Of a stretch of 59,575 nt of DNA, positions 22,313 through 33,527 are shown piece by piece. The notes beneath the pieces were generated by a model. The model was not told the DNA's origin and searched no databases. It saw only the letters and a list, made by a program, of their open reading frames with translations. The DNA comes from Trichomonas gallinae. Taxonomy: Eukaryota. Each line of letters starts with the position of its first letter. Position 1 is the first letter of the stretch. The stretch lies in the NCBI GenBank assembly GCA_008369845.1, contig MRSU01006904.1, positions 1 to 59,575 of the forward strand, given 5' to 3'. The position numbers and the translations under genes were made by a program.

Positions 22313-25300
22313 ATGAGCCTCTACTCTGGGGAGGTGAATTCTTTTATTGAAGTGTTAGAGAAATATCCAGAGGCAGCGTCATTATTCAACAAATATCCCA
22401 AAAAGGATCTGTTTTCTCTAAATTGGAAGCAAACTAAGCAAATTTTAGATTCGCTTAAGCCAATTCCTAAGTGTTTGCTTGAAATAATTCCAGAACTCGG
22501 GATGTGTTTCCTCGCTAAATACATGATGGTTACTTTTTACTCCTTCTTTCCTGAAGAATTACTACAATCTTATCTTTTATTGATTGATAAACTACCTACA
22601 CAGGATTTGGACCTAGTTATACACTTAATAGTGTCTAGGCTATCAGTTCCTCAAAGAAAAGCTGCGATATTTAAACTTCCTGATTGCGGCGCAACATTTC
22701 ACTTCTTAGGATCAATAATTGACAACGAGGAACTATTTATTACTGTATTCCAAAGGATATTTTCGTCTCTAAATCTTGTGCCATCAAACTTACAGCCTTT
22801 ATTAATTTCTTTATTACGAAAATCAATCGAATCTGGCGTAGCTAGGCAGTTTATTACAGATATAATCGAAATGGCTATACACTGCAAACCAGTTTTTGTT
22901 GCTAAACGCTTAAGAAATTGGATGCAAAAAGAATACCAGTCAAGCTCTGTGCTAGACATTGTTTTAACAGCAATTTGCGACTTCTATCCATCATCATTAA
23001 TAAAAACCGACTCAAAAGCACTACAAAACGCATTACAACAGGTTTTCAAGTCAAAAGATGTGCCTTTCTCTGCACTTAAACTAGTATTATTAACAGATTC
23101 GCAAATATTACTAACATTTCAGCAAATTTATTCATTCTACACGCAAGGCTCTGCATTTCTTTTCGAATACATTTTAAGATTAAGCGAAACAGACTCTTTA
23201 AACACTTGGAAATTGATTTTATCGAAAATTGCACAAATGGAGGTTAACATGCAAACAAGAGAATTCATTATTTCTTGTTATGAAAACTATTTAATCGCAT
23301 GTCATTCAAATGCCATTTATACAACAGCAATACAATCATCTGGAACCATAGAATGGTTTGCTAGCTTCACAAAGACAATGACTGACTCTATTTATCACAT
23401 TGCGATTTTTTCGCTGTTTATTCTCTTCTTCAGGTCATTCGCTGAAATGGCGAAGCAAATTTCTTCTTTCCCCGATTTTCAACAAGATTTCGAAAATGCA
23501 ATAAATAAATCAAGAGAAAAACAGCTTTTTTATGAAGCAGTATTCTGGCTTTTGGATAGCTCTCGCGAATGTCCATTTGACAAAGTCGTTAATTTCCAAG
23601 AAATCATGAAAATAAAATTTCCAGCTCCTTCATCTCCTTTTGTTTTCGAAGTTGTTCCGATAATTTTGAACACACTCCTCAAAATAGCCATAGCTGACTC
23701 GACTCCGAAAGATTTGCCGAAATCTCCAACTCCCAGAAGAATGTCTTACGAATTGGAAAGAACTCATTCGCAGGTTAAGCTGCTATTAGATGATACAAAC
23801 GATGGAAACGTCACGGAATTCAATGAATCAGACGATGAAGCGAATTTATCAATTATTTGCCCAGTTGAGCTAGAAAATACGATAAAAATCAAGCCATTGT
23901 TAACAATGTTCCTAACTAATATGATTCCTATGTATGAGGTTGACTCATTATCATTTTTGATTCATTCTTTATCTTCATCTCAGTGTTTGTTGCCTATTGT
24001 TCCATTTGCTGAGAAGAATGATTTATGTTTTAGATTTTTAACCCGAGCTTTAGCATTATCTTGCCCATTCCACGTTTTTGCGACATTTTATGAAAAAATT
24101 AGCCACGATTTCAAGAAAACACTTGATTTCTTAGCTGGTCTCGCTGAATATAGCCAGCTGGTGACTGATTTTCTCTATATTACGTCTCCAATTCCATTAT
24201 CTACAACAATTCAGTGCAGCACTTTAATATTATGGGTCAGACCGCTTATTGACTCAAATATTTTAACGATTCAGACTAAATTCGGCGACTTAATGATAAA
24301 CATGTCACCGACAGAGATAAAATTCCCAATAAATGGAAGTAAAATGAATTTGCCTCCAAAAATCGGCGGCTGGATTATGTTATCCATTATTTTCTCCGGT
24401 AATATTATACACATAACCGCCAATTCCATGCCAATCAAGCTAACTTATGGAAGCGACGTCGGAATGATACAAAATTTCACAATTGGCTCAGCAACTGCAC
24501 ATTTCGACCTGCAAAGCGTCAGGGTGTTCAAAGTAGCACTGTCAGAAGATGATCTCATGCATATTTTCGCTCTAGGACCAAACTACATGGAATTTGTAAA
24601 TCATAATCTAAATCAGATGGATTCTCAGCAGATCCCAGCATTCTACACGAATACAGGATACGTGTCATCACATTATTTGCCGTTTATCAGCTCATTTGTT
24701 GGTAAAAATCTAGAAAATAATGTTATGTCGTTGCTAGAATTGAGTTTATCACCTCCCTACAAGATGGTGAGACACTTAGCGAGAGGCCCGCAAAAGGCAG
24801 CAATGGCAATAACAGTAGATAGGAGGAGATCTTACAGTTTCATGAATTCTCTTCATTGTCACGGCGGTCTTCACTTATTGCTGCATTTCACTGGCGAAGT
24901 TATCCTCAAAAAGCCGGAATTATCGGCATATTTGTGGAAGCTTTTATCGAGATTATTCAATACTTACCCAGACGTTCACAGATTCTTCGAAGAGAAGCAT
25001 GCATATTCACTGGTTGGCCACCTTCTGTGGTCAGGGACAATAAAATTGGATGAATGCATGGAAATTTGTCTGAAAAATTTCGACGGAAAGTTCCACATCA
25101 CGAATCCATTCGTTCTCAAAGAGTGGGTACTGGAGGGCTTGATTTTCCACAGCGAAAGCACTCAAGCAATAGAAAATTTAATAAATTCGCTCGTAAATCC
25201 ACGAAACTTCGCGATAATCAAATCAGCCAAGACGTTTTCGAAACTGATCAACCTACTGTGCTCAAGTTGCAGACATTCTGAGAATTTCTTGAGATTAATC

Positions 25301-28300
25301 ACAACTTTCGCTGTAAAACTAACTGAACCGTCTACAGCGCAAGAAAACGCGCAGCTTGTTTTCGACAGGTTAGTTTTGTATCATTTTAAGTTCGATAAAG
25401 AAGATTATTCGAGTAATAAATCAGAATTGCTGAAATTCAGGTCTACTGATAGAATCCACAAGCAGTCGTCAACAGAAATACAGCCTATAACTTCCATAGC
25501 TTTAATCAACGTTTTGAGTCAGATTTTAACGCAATTCAATGATGTTAAGGTAGATCTTGAATTGCTGCTGCCAGCTGTCGTCACATCAGTGCCAATTGTT
25601 CAGACTTCGCTGGTTATTGCGTTAATTAGACATCTTTCTGCTAATTATCTTCAATTATTGGGTTATATACTGAAAATACTGCCTTACATTGATGGAATCG
25701 ATATGGCTATCTTTGATTTCCTTAATTCAACACCAGAAGCTAATTTTGTTCAACTAACAACTTGTTTCTTCGCGATTGTTTGTCACAAAGAGTCCTGTGA
25801 GTATTTAGACGAACTCTGCGGCTTTGCAACTGAAAAAACAGCAGCAACACAAGATATAATTGTCATTGCAATGAATCAAATTTTAGATGTCATCAGATTC
25901 ACCGAGACAACCGATGAAATGCCACTGTTTGACAATGCTCCTGCAACAACAATGATGTATATGTCGTTATTACTTGATTACGCGATAATTTTCGGACAAC
26001 CTGATTTATTATTTAAGTTTTTCCTGTCTCTTTTCTCTATCCCTGGTGTCGCTGTCTACAGACTAGCATCTGTTTGCTTCACAATTATGACAAATCTGTT
26101 GGCTTTGATATTTAAACGCAATCAATCATTAAATGCATCGATTTCACAAGCTTTGGCACATGTCACAACATTTGCCTCATTCCTGATACACAGAATCAGA
26201 TTGACGCCAGGCGCAATTAATCCATTTTTGTTGAATTTGATTCAATCATTCGTGAATTCTTTGATTTCTGTTGTAAATGTTGCGCAAAACTTCGATTCAA
26301 CGAACAGACTGGTCAACTTTTTGGCTGATTTATTCCATATTGACGTTCCTTCATCGATGTGTCAATCGATTAAGTCGCAAATCTCGTCTATAGCGAAAAT
26401 ACAGAAGGCAAAGAGATATACTGAGATGTGCGAGAGAATGGATGAACCATCAATGATGACTCCTAACAAGTTTTTAACTCCTTTCCAAGATGATTTAGAC
26501 AATTACGAGAAGAAGTGGCAGAAGAAAGACGGAATAGACAGAATTGGCTTGTTTTCTATCAGTTGCAGGTCAATACATCATCAAACACAAGCAGCTGTCA
26601 CATTAAATCTTTATGATACAGATGGAGACTTCGTTATTGACCTTTGGCACGACACATTCCACATTCTTCAGTTCCCTGGTTCCCTTATTTACAACCAGTG
26701 CCCAACGAAATGGATGGTTTCAGACAGATCATTGAATTTCCAGCAGAGATCAATATTGATTCCCATGAATCCATCAATAGACAAGCCATATCTTCAGTAC
26801 TGGAAGGCGAAGTACAAATCAGATCCAGAGCCAGAAGTAAGGCTCACGATAAAAGAAGTTTTCAAATATACACCAATTTCCCTACATATGGCGAATGACG
26901 TCGAATTCTCGAGCCACGCGTTCAGACTCAGCGGAATTTCGAACTACGACGGGGTTCTTATTGTTTTACACAACATAATCAGGTTCTATCAGAGAACTAA
27001 AGCCACGTCAGAAACGCTAGATATAGTTTTGACAATCCCTATAAACAAAATCGTTTCTCTCAAGTTGAAAGCGTTCAGGCATCAACCGACTGGCGTGGAA
27101 CTGACATGCAAAGACGCCACTTGCTATATATTCGCTTTCGACACTGTAAATCTCAGAGACATATTCGTGGACGTAATGGAATCAAGGCAACTTCAAACGA
27201 TTAAAACAGTTAACAAGAAGGAACTAGATATGGCGACAAAACACTGGGTGGAAGGACAGCTGTCCAATTTCGACTATCTGCTATATCTTAACCAGGTGAG
27301 TGGCAGGTCTTGGTACGATTTCACTCAGTATCCAATCTTCCCATGGGTCATCAAAAACTACAAAACAGAAACTATCGACTTAAATAATCCAGAAACTTTC
27401 CGCGACTTCACTTTTCCAATTTTCGCTCAGACAGAAGAACAGAAAGAGCAGTGCATGTCATACTATTCTACAACAGAGGCTTTGTCCAATGAGCCGCATT
27501 GCACGCCAAACTACATCAGCAATGTCGGCAGCACGATTTATTTCTTAGTCAGAGCAGAACCATTCACGAACGAAGAAATTTCATTCCAAAACGGTTCCCT
27601 TGATGCCGCGGACAGAACATTCCAGTCATTCGACATCTCTTACAGCCTCATGACAGCGCCAGGCAACAAAAACGCTTTGGAGCTCATCCCTGAGTTTTAC
27701 TTCCATCCAGAATTGTTGAAGAACATCAACGAAATCGAATTCCCGATTTCTCCCATTACAGGTAAGACTGTTGGCGACGTGGTTCTTCCCCCTTGGGCAC
27801 CAACGACAAGAGAGTTCGTACAGATAATGAAGAAGGCCTTGGAGAGTCCATACGTCAGCTCACAGTTGAATGATTGGATAGATCTTGTCTGGGGCTACAG
27901 AAGGAGGGGAGAAGCAGCCTTGGAGAGATGCAACGTTTTCCAGGGAACAGTTTATCAGTTCGATCCAAGGGATGTCATCGGTGATAGAATCCTTTTCAAG
28001 GCACTCAGCGGACAGATTCACAACTGCGGACAAGCAGCAGCACAAATTTTCACTGCGCCTCATCCTAAGCGAAATGACAACAATTCTCCGCTAAAAGGTG
28101 AACTTGTCTTTCATTCTTTGAGGAAGCCAATAGCTTCTGAGCGCAATGTGCTGCAGTTTTCTTTAGCGAGCGATAGATGGATCCCAATCAGTTCTGATAA
28201 AACACCATTAAAAGCTTTGCGTCTAGTTGGAGGAAATCTAGAAGCGAACAGAAACGGACAAATTGCGATTGCTGTGGCTTTCACTGATGACATTGCTGTC

Positions 28301-28909
28301 ACCTGCTTCGATGTCATGGGCACGACAATTGTCACAGGCCACACAATGCCAATCATTAACCTGTGGAAAGTGAGAGATAATCTCGAATTATTCTTGACAT
28401 TGAGAGGCCACTTAGTTGCAATTTCTGCTGTTTCGATTTTCGCGCAGCCTTGGTCGATGCTCGCAGCCGGACATGAAGATGGATGCGTCTCGCTGTTCTC
28501 TATGTGTCCTACAAGGTTCCTAAGAGTGTTAAACGGCGGCTCTAAGATGAGAGTCTCGTTCGTCAAAATATGTTCATCGAATGGAGATTTCATTGTTGTC
28601 CAAGCGAAAGAAAAAATGAGTGTCATAAGTCTATGGTCTGTGAATGGAGAATTTGTCAACACGATAACACTCGAAACAGAGATACTCGATGCCGTTGCAA
28701 CAAGTTTCGTTGAAGGAGTCAGGCCTAATTATATCTTTTTGCTCGGCGCTGATTCCATTATATATGCGTTCGCTGAAAGTGATTTAGTTTTGATTGGAAC
28801 ATTCGAACTAAATCATCCTCAGCCTGTTTCCTTATTCCACGAGAAGGAGAAGAGCGTGCTTTTTGTTATGCACGCTGATAACTTCCTCTCGTTGTGGAGA
28901 ATTGTATAA
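22313..28909 (+). CDS. BEACH-domain protein (N-terminal helical/ConA-like region, PH, BEACH, WD40)
   Basis: BEACH signatures LSNFDYLLYLNQVSGRSWYDFTQYPIFPWV, ELIPEFYF and ALESPYVSSQLNDWIDLVWGY, followed by WD40 (LRGH). Start at ATG 22313 (MSLYSGE). Confidence 0.95.
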   Translation: MSLYSGEVNSFIEVLEKYPEAASLFNKYPKKDLFSLNWKQTKQILDSLKPIPKCLLEIIPELGMCFLAKYMMVTFYSFFPEELLQSYLLLIDKLPTQDLDLVIHLIVSRLSVPQRKAAIFKLPDCGATFHFLGSIIDNEELFITVFQRIFSSLNLVPSNLQPLLISLLRKSIESGVARQFITDIIEMAIHCKPVFVAKRLRNWMQKEYQSSSVLDIVLTAICDFYPSSLIKTDSKALQNALQQVFKSKDVPFSALKLVLLTDSQILLTFQQIYSFYTQGSAFLFEYILRLSETDSLNTWKLILSKIAQMEVNMQTREFIISCYENYLIACHSNAIYTTAIQSSGTIEWFASFTKTMTDSIYHIAIFSLFILFFRSFAEMAKQISSFPDFQQDFENAINKSREKQLFYEAVFWLLDSSRECPFDKVVNFQEIMKIKFPAPSSPFVFEVVPIILNTLLKIAIADSTPKDLPKSPTPRRMSYELERTHSQVKLLLDDTNDGNVTEFNESDDEANLSIICPVELENTIKIKPLLTMFLTNMIPMYEVDSLSFLIHSLSSSQCLLPIVPFAEKNDLCFRFLTRALALSCPFHVFATFYEKISHDFKKTLDFLAGLAEYSQLVTDFLYITSPIPLSTTIQCSTLILWVRPLIDSNILTIQTKFGDLMINMSPTEIKFPINGSKMNLPPKIGGWIMLSIIFSGNIIHITANSMPIKLTYGSDVGMIQNFTIGSATAHFDLQSVRVFKVALSEDDLMHIFALGPNYMEFVNHNLNQMDSQQIPAFYTNTGYVSSHYLPFISSFVGKNLENNVMSLLELSLSPPYKMVRHLARGPQKAAMAITVDRRRSYSFMNSLHCHGGLHLLLHFTGEVILKKPELSAYLWKLLSRLFNTYPDVHRFFEEKHAYSLVGHLLWSGTIKLDECMEICLKNFDGKFHITNPFVLKEWVLEGLIFHSESTQAIENLINSLVNPRNFAIIKSAKTFSKLINLLCSSCRHSENFLRLITTFAVKLTEPSTAQENAQLVFDRLVLYHFKFDKEDYSSNKSELLKFRSTDRIHKQSSTEIQPITSIALINVLSQILTQFNDVKVDLELLLPAVVTSVPIVQTSLVIALIRHLSANYLQLLGYILKILPYIDGIDMAIFDFLNSTPEANFVQLTTCFFAIVCHKESCEYLDELCGFATEKTAATQDIIVIAMNQILDVIRFTETTDEMPLFDNAPATTMMYMSLLLDYAIIFGQPDLLFKFFLSLFSIPGVAVYRLASVCFTIMTNLLALIFKRNQSLNASISQALAHVTTFASFLIHRIRLTPGAINPFLLNLIQSFVNSLISVVNVAQNFDSTNRLVNFLADLFHIDVPSSMCQSIKSQISSIAKIQKAKRYTEMCERMDEPSMMTPNKFLTPFQDDLDNYEKKWQKKDGIDRIGLFSISCRSIHHQTQAAVTLNLYDTDGDFVIDLWHDTFHILQFPGSLIYNQCPTKWMVSDRSLNFQQRSILIPMNPSIDKPYLQYWKAKYKSDPEPEVRLTIKEVFKYTPISLHMANDVEFSSHAFRLSGISNYDGVLIVLHNIIRFYQRTKATSETLDIVLTIPINKIVSLKLKAFRHQPTGVELTCKDATCYIFAFDTVNLRDIFVDVMESRQLQTIKTVNKKELDMATKHWVEGQLSNFDYLLYLNQVSGRSWYDFTQYPIFPWVIKNYKTETIDLNNPETFRDFTFPIFAQTEEQKEQCMSYYSTTEALSNEPHCTPNYISNVGSTIYFLVRAEPFTNEEISFQNGSLDAADRTFQSFDISYSLMTAPGNKNALELIPEFYFHPELLKNINEIEFPISPITGKTVGDVVLPPWAPTTREFVQIMKKALESPYVSSQLNDWIDLVWGYRRRGEAALERCNVFQGTVYQFDPRDVIGDRILFKALSGQIHNCGQAAAQIFTAPHPKRNDNNSPLKGELVFHSLRKPIASERNVLQFSLASDRWIPISSDKTPLKALRLVGGNLEANRNGQIAIAVAFTDDIAVTCFDVMGTTIVTGHTMPIINLWKVRDNLELFLTLRGHLVAISAVSIFAQPWSMLAAGHEDGCVSLFSMCPTRFLRVLNGGSKMRVSFVKICSSNGDFIVVQAKEKMSVISLWSVNGEFVNTITLETEILDAVATSFVEGVRPNYIFLLGADSIIYAFAESDLVLIGTFELNHPQPVSLFHEKEKSVLFVMHADNFLSLWRIV

Positions 28910-29829
28910 TTTTTTTTTTTTGTTTAAATTTTTATGTTGTTTTACTTCATATTTTTATTCACCTAAGAAAACCTATTTGTATTTTAAAAATTAAAGTTTT
29001 CCTTGGAAGATATATTTTATCAAAATTAAATTATCAATGATAATGTGATGCATGGGTTTGATATTTTAAGTTTTAAAAATAATGTATCAATGATCTAGTG
29101 TGAGAAAAATGTTTTCTTGATGCGTTGTATAAAATAATCTCGTTAGTAAAAGGACAATCGCGAAACGCAGGATGTTCTCAATTATAATGATTCTTGCGAT
29201 CAATGCAATGTCAATAGTGTTGATATTAATAAGAACAGAAGATTTGTTTTCGTAAAATATCACAAAGAAAATTTTATACCATAAAATCGATTTTTGGATT
29301 CGAAAACTGATTCACATATGTTTTGAAATGATATTTTTTTCGATAAAATGAGAAAATGAGAAAAAAATTAAAAATAACTAAAAATACGGAATCTGTAACT
29401 CAAAACAAGTAAACTATTTGAAGATATGGAAGTGTAGATAGGTTTTATGCTGTTTCTTTTCGTTTTTACTAGAAATCAAAATCTGAAATTGTTCTTCTAA
29501 ACGAGATACCTACGAAATGACCGGTAAATCATGAGCCGAGGGTGCAGAAAAGTCAGAAATCTGTCGAATGGCCATTTTATGTCGCAATAATTTTGTGAGA
29601 AAAAGATTGACCATGTTTATATCCAGATATTCTGCACATAAGAAGCTGTCGACATAAGCTACTGCTGGTATGATTTACAAGATTATTATTCGTCATGTGT
29701 AATTAAATTCTCTGTGTTTAGTGTTAAGTTGTCTTTCGTAATGCGATCCGATCCATGGTCCGAGTACTTTCGTTATCTTGTGAGTTGGCCAAAAATCGCG
29801 ACGATAAAGATCGTCAAATTTTATCTAAA

Positions 29830-30573
29830 ATGGGGAGAAACTGGAGCGCTTCAGAAGACGCCGAATTGATCAAGTTAACTCGGAAATATGGCAAGCAATG
29901 GGGAGTAATTGCCAGCCATATGAAAAACAGAAGCGCTGCACAGGTTCTAGCTCGATGGGAAAAATGTCTGGATCCCGTTATAGTCAAAGGTCCGTTCACG
30001 GAACAGGAGGACGACCTCATCAGACAGTTTGTAAAAGAGAATGGCCCTCAAAACTGGCCGAAAATTACGACATTCCTGCCAAATAGAAGTCCGAAGCAAT
30101 GCAGGGAAAGGTGGTTCAACCATCTCGATCCGTCGGTCATAAAGCATGCCTGGACACCGGAGGAGGATGAGACGATCTTCCATAACTACCAGAAGCTCGG
30201 GCCAAAGTGGTCGGTGATCGCAAAGATGATTCCCGGCAGAACTGATAATGCGATAAAGAATAGATGGAACTCTTCGCTTTCTAAGAGGATATCCGTTCTG
30301 CCGGGCAAAAAGGAAATATTATTACCGGATAAATCGAAGAAGAGAAAAATTACCCAAGAGGTGAAGAAGGATGAGGAAGTTAAAGCTGATAAGCAGGAGG
30401 AATCCTTCGATCCGTTTAAACTGCCGTCCCCTCACCTACAGAAGGCAGATAATAGCCGTTTGAATTCTCCTGATACTCCAATGATGGGATTTAATACAAC
30501 TCCTGGCGCTTTCGGAGGCTTGATAATCTCCCCTGCGCTTGCGGTACATCCTGTAGGATGCTTTATTTTTTAA
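29830..30573 (+). CDS. myb3-like: Three-repeat (R1R2R3) Myb transcription factor, close paralog of TvMyb3
   Basis: Three Trp-repeat Myb units (NWSASED..W..RW; KGPFTEQED..NWP..QCRERWFNHLDP; AWTPEED..KW..NAIKNRWNS), then SKRIS...KEILLPDKSKKRK as recalled for TvMyb3. Start at ATG 29830 (MGRNW); an in-frame upstream ATG exists at 29755. Confidence 0.92.
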   Translation: MGRNWSASEDAELIKLTRKYGKQWGVIASHMKNRSAAQVLARWEKCLDPVIVKGPFTEQEDDLIRQFVKENGPQNWPKITTFLPNRSPKQCRERWFNHLDPSVIKHAWTPEEDETIFHNYQKLGPKWSVIAKMIPGRTDNAIKNRWNSSLSKRISVLPGKKEILLPDKSKKRKITQEVKKDEEVKADKQEESFDPFKLPSPHLQKADNSRLNSPDTPMMGFNTTPGAFGGLIISPALAVHPVGCFIF

Positions 30574-31741
30574 AATTTTCGTTCGCTTTAATTAATCCTT
30601 CCCTCTTTAACGTATTTTAAAAATTAATAAACTGTGAAAATTGAGAGGTCGACCGTTAACCCTCATTTTTTGTTTTATCGTTTTATATACCATATTTCTC
30701 TTTGTTTGTTCATATTTCATCATTATTTTGAAATGAAGGGGCTTTTAAATTAAAACAGGGGTGAATTGGATGAAACAATAACTATATTTTAAAATGTACT
30801 TGCAGTGAACTTCTTAACGAAGCTTGAACCTTAGTGCTTCTACCATATAATCACTATATTTAGTTTGCTTAGATTTTTGTCTGGGATCTTTGGAGTTCGA
30901 CCAGATTTGACACTTTACATGTCAGATTATTATAGGTGACAAAAAACTTAAGCTTTTTCATTAGATCTCCAGCGCATCATACCACTTTTCGATACCATTG
31001 GTCTATAAAATCGACTATATTATTCGATTGCAATGGTCATATGCCCATATATATATATTCCATACTTACAACATTAATTGCATTTGTTTATATTTGTTGT
31101 TTAATTAAAGAGAAAGAAGAGTAATACTAAAAATAGTGTAAAGACCTATAGACAAAAATAATCAAAATGCCGGAAATAAGGAGTCAGTAAGATGAGTGCT
31201 TATTTAGGGGTCTTAGTTTAATAACCCTGCAATAAAGGGTAAATGGTTGAAATTGAAGGGTAAAAAGAGTTAAAAAACCACTATTAAAGAGCTCATTTTT
31301 GGAGATCTAAAAAATGTATTGTAATAATAATGTACATATGTGATAGATGTGTCATAGGCCGGAGGCAATGATGATGTTGTAGTGCTATCATCGCTGGAGA
31401 TTAGATTTATTCTTTTGTCATGTGGAAAGAAGTTTCATATTTTTTCAAATTTCTTATCAAGATTTTAATGAAATATTGCTCTACTGCCGCTATATTAGCA
31501 ACCATTTAAATATGAGAGCCCAAAATAACTCGGAATATTTCGATTCAATTATTTTTCCAAAATATTTAAATTGTAAGTTCTTTAGACTACCTTTAATATG
31601 AAAACATCTTTATTTTTGATTAAAAAAATTTTACGTTTACAATTTATCGAAATTTCTTTATTCCCTGTGATTTGCACAAAACATGTCATATCATAGTGGG
31701 TCGCATTTTCAAAATTGTAAGGTTTTGTAAATCTTACAATA

Positions 31742-33106
31742 ATGATCAAAAGACCACCAACACCCAAATTTTCAGACGAAATCAGCCCCGGAATATTGAC
31801 GAACGTCAGCGACATCGGGCTCTCTCAGCTCTACACGGACCGTGCTAATCTTTTCTACGGATTAAATAATTATTTGAAGGCCAAAGTTGATTTAAGGGCT
31901 GCTTTGGAACTTGATAAGACTAACAATGATGCTATTGAGCTTCAGCATAAAATTCATATCAAGGAAAGAGACACCGACGCTGCATTTCGCGATTTTCTAT
32001 TTTATCCAAGTCTTAAAGACGGATATCCTACAGAATTCAAAAAATATCTTCAATTTCATGAAAAGATCGCTAAGTTTTCAGAGAAAATTAATAATGTTAA
32101 CGTTGATCTAAAGCCAAAATCAAAACTCAGCGAAGGCGAATGCGACTTCGAACACTTTACACGTCAAGATGCTATCGATATGACACAGTACCTTCGAGAT
32201 TTCAAGCTTCCAAAGGCTGATACAATCGTCGCACTAATTGAAAAAGTTAAATCTTTACTCAAAGATCTTCCGAACATAGTCTCTATTAATGCATCTCCAA
32301 CAACAGGCAAGATTCGCGTTGTTGGTGATACACACGGTCAATTCCAAGATTTACTCTACATATTTGATCAATTTGGTTACCCATCAAACGATAACCCATA
32401 TCTTTTCAACGGCGATTACGTTGATCGTGGTTCTATGGGTGTAGAAATTCTTATTACTTTGCTCTGCTGGAAGGTTGCTGAGCCGAATTCGATTTATCTC
32501 AACAGAGGCAACCACGAAGCCATATCTATGAATGGACTTTACGGATTCGAACGCGAATGCACAGTTAAATATAGTGCTGAAATGTTCCGCAAGTTTTCTG
32601 AATTATTCTGTTATTTACCCGTTGGCCATATCATCGGCAACAAGGTCCTTGTTGTCCACGGTGGCCTCTTTGGCGATGATTCTGTGACACTGGAGACAAT
32701 TCAAGGAGCTAACAGAATCCAACAGCCGCCGGATTACGGACCAATGAACGACATTTTGTGGAGTGACCCAATGGATTTGTTCGGGCGTGCTCCATCACCA
32801 CGTGGTGTCACTAAGATGTTTGGCCCTGACGTCACTGAGTCATTCCTTCAAAGAGAAAAACTCGACCTCCTCATCAGATCACACCAGATGCAGATGGAGG
32901 GCTTCCTCGTGCAGCACAATGGAAAGTGCATCACAGTCTTCTCATCCCCGAACTATGTCGGAAGAATGGGAAACAAGGGCGCCATCGTTACGCTCACTTT
33001 CAAGGATAACGAGCTGAAGGAACCAGAATTTAATAGCTTTGTCGCCCAGCCGATTCCTAAGGACTTCAAACCGATGCAGTACTCAGCGTTCTCATCTTAC
33101 TTCTGA
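31742..33106 (+). CDS. PPP-family Ser/Thr phosphatase, PP5-like (TPR plus calcineurin-like catalytic domain)
   Basis: Motifs GDTHGQ, NGDYVDRG, RGNHE, VHGGLF, LWSDP, RSH and SSPNY. A TPR-like N-terminal segment reads LYTDRANLF...AKVDLRAALELD. Confidence 0.93.
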   Translation: MIKRPPTPKFSDEISPGILTNVSDIGLSQLYTDRANLFYGLNNYLKAKVDLRAALELDKTNNDAIELQHKIHIKERDTDAAFRDFLFYPSLKDGYPTEFKKYLQFHEKIAKFSEKINNVNVDLKPKSKLSEGECDFEHFTRQDAIDMTQYLRDFKLPKADTIVALIEKVKSLLKDLPNIVSINASPTTGKIRVVGDTHGQFQDLLYIFDQFGYPSNDNPYLFNGDYVDRGSMGVEILITLLCWKVAEPNSIYLNRGNHEAISMNGLYGFERECTVKYSAEMFRKFSELFCYLPVGHIIGNKVLVVHGGLFGDDSVTLETIQGANRIQQPPDYGPMNDILWSDPMDLFGRAPSPRGVTKMFGPDVTESFLQREKLDLLIRSHQMQMEGFLVQHNGKCITVFSSPNYVGRMGNKGAIVTLTFKDNELKEPEFNSFVAQPIPKDFKPMQYSAFSSYF

Positions 33107-33527
33107 CTTTTTATACATATCTATAAAGCTTATAAATTTATTAATAATTTTTTTAACACCACGAAGTCATATCTCTATTATATTAACTCACTAGGTTAGT
33201 TCAGCTCTAATCACATATAATATTAACTTGGTGAATATTTGTTATATCATGAAAATAAAAGCATCAATTTTTGACAATAAATATTTTTACGTGTCAAAAT
33301 TTTTGAAAATTTGGTTATAGGATTAAAACTTTCATTTTGTTTATGATTCCTTATGAAATCTCTTTGTTCTTTAACTACATCAAAATGATACATGAGCCAA
33401 AATAAAAATATCCTTCACTATATTGATAATATTATGGATTTTGTTCATTATAACTTCAATACAATTGCATCAAAAAATGCATAATATTTTCTTGTCAAAT
33501 ATCTTGTTTACATGTCACTTTATATAA

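Noticed and set aside
23084..23122. Intron-like GTATTA...ACTAACATTTCAG (39 nt) inside the BEACH gene
   Set aside because: The frame is open through it, and the branch-to-AG spacing is one base off the trichomonad ACTAACACACAG pattern. Splicing need not be invoked without RNA data.
31368..31440. ATGATGA box-C-like motif suggesting a C/D snoRNA
   Set aside because: No CTGA box D or terminal stem at a suitable distance.
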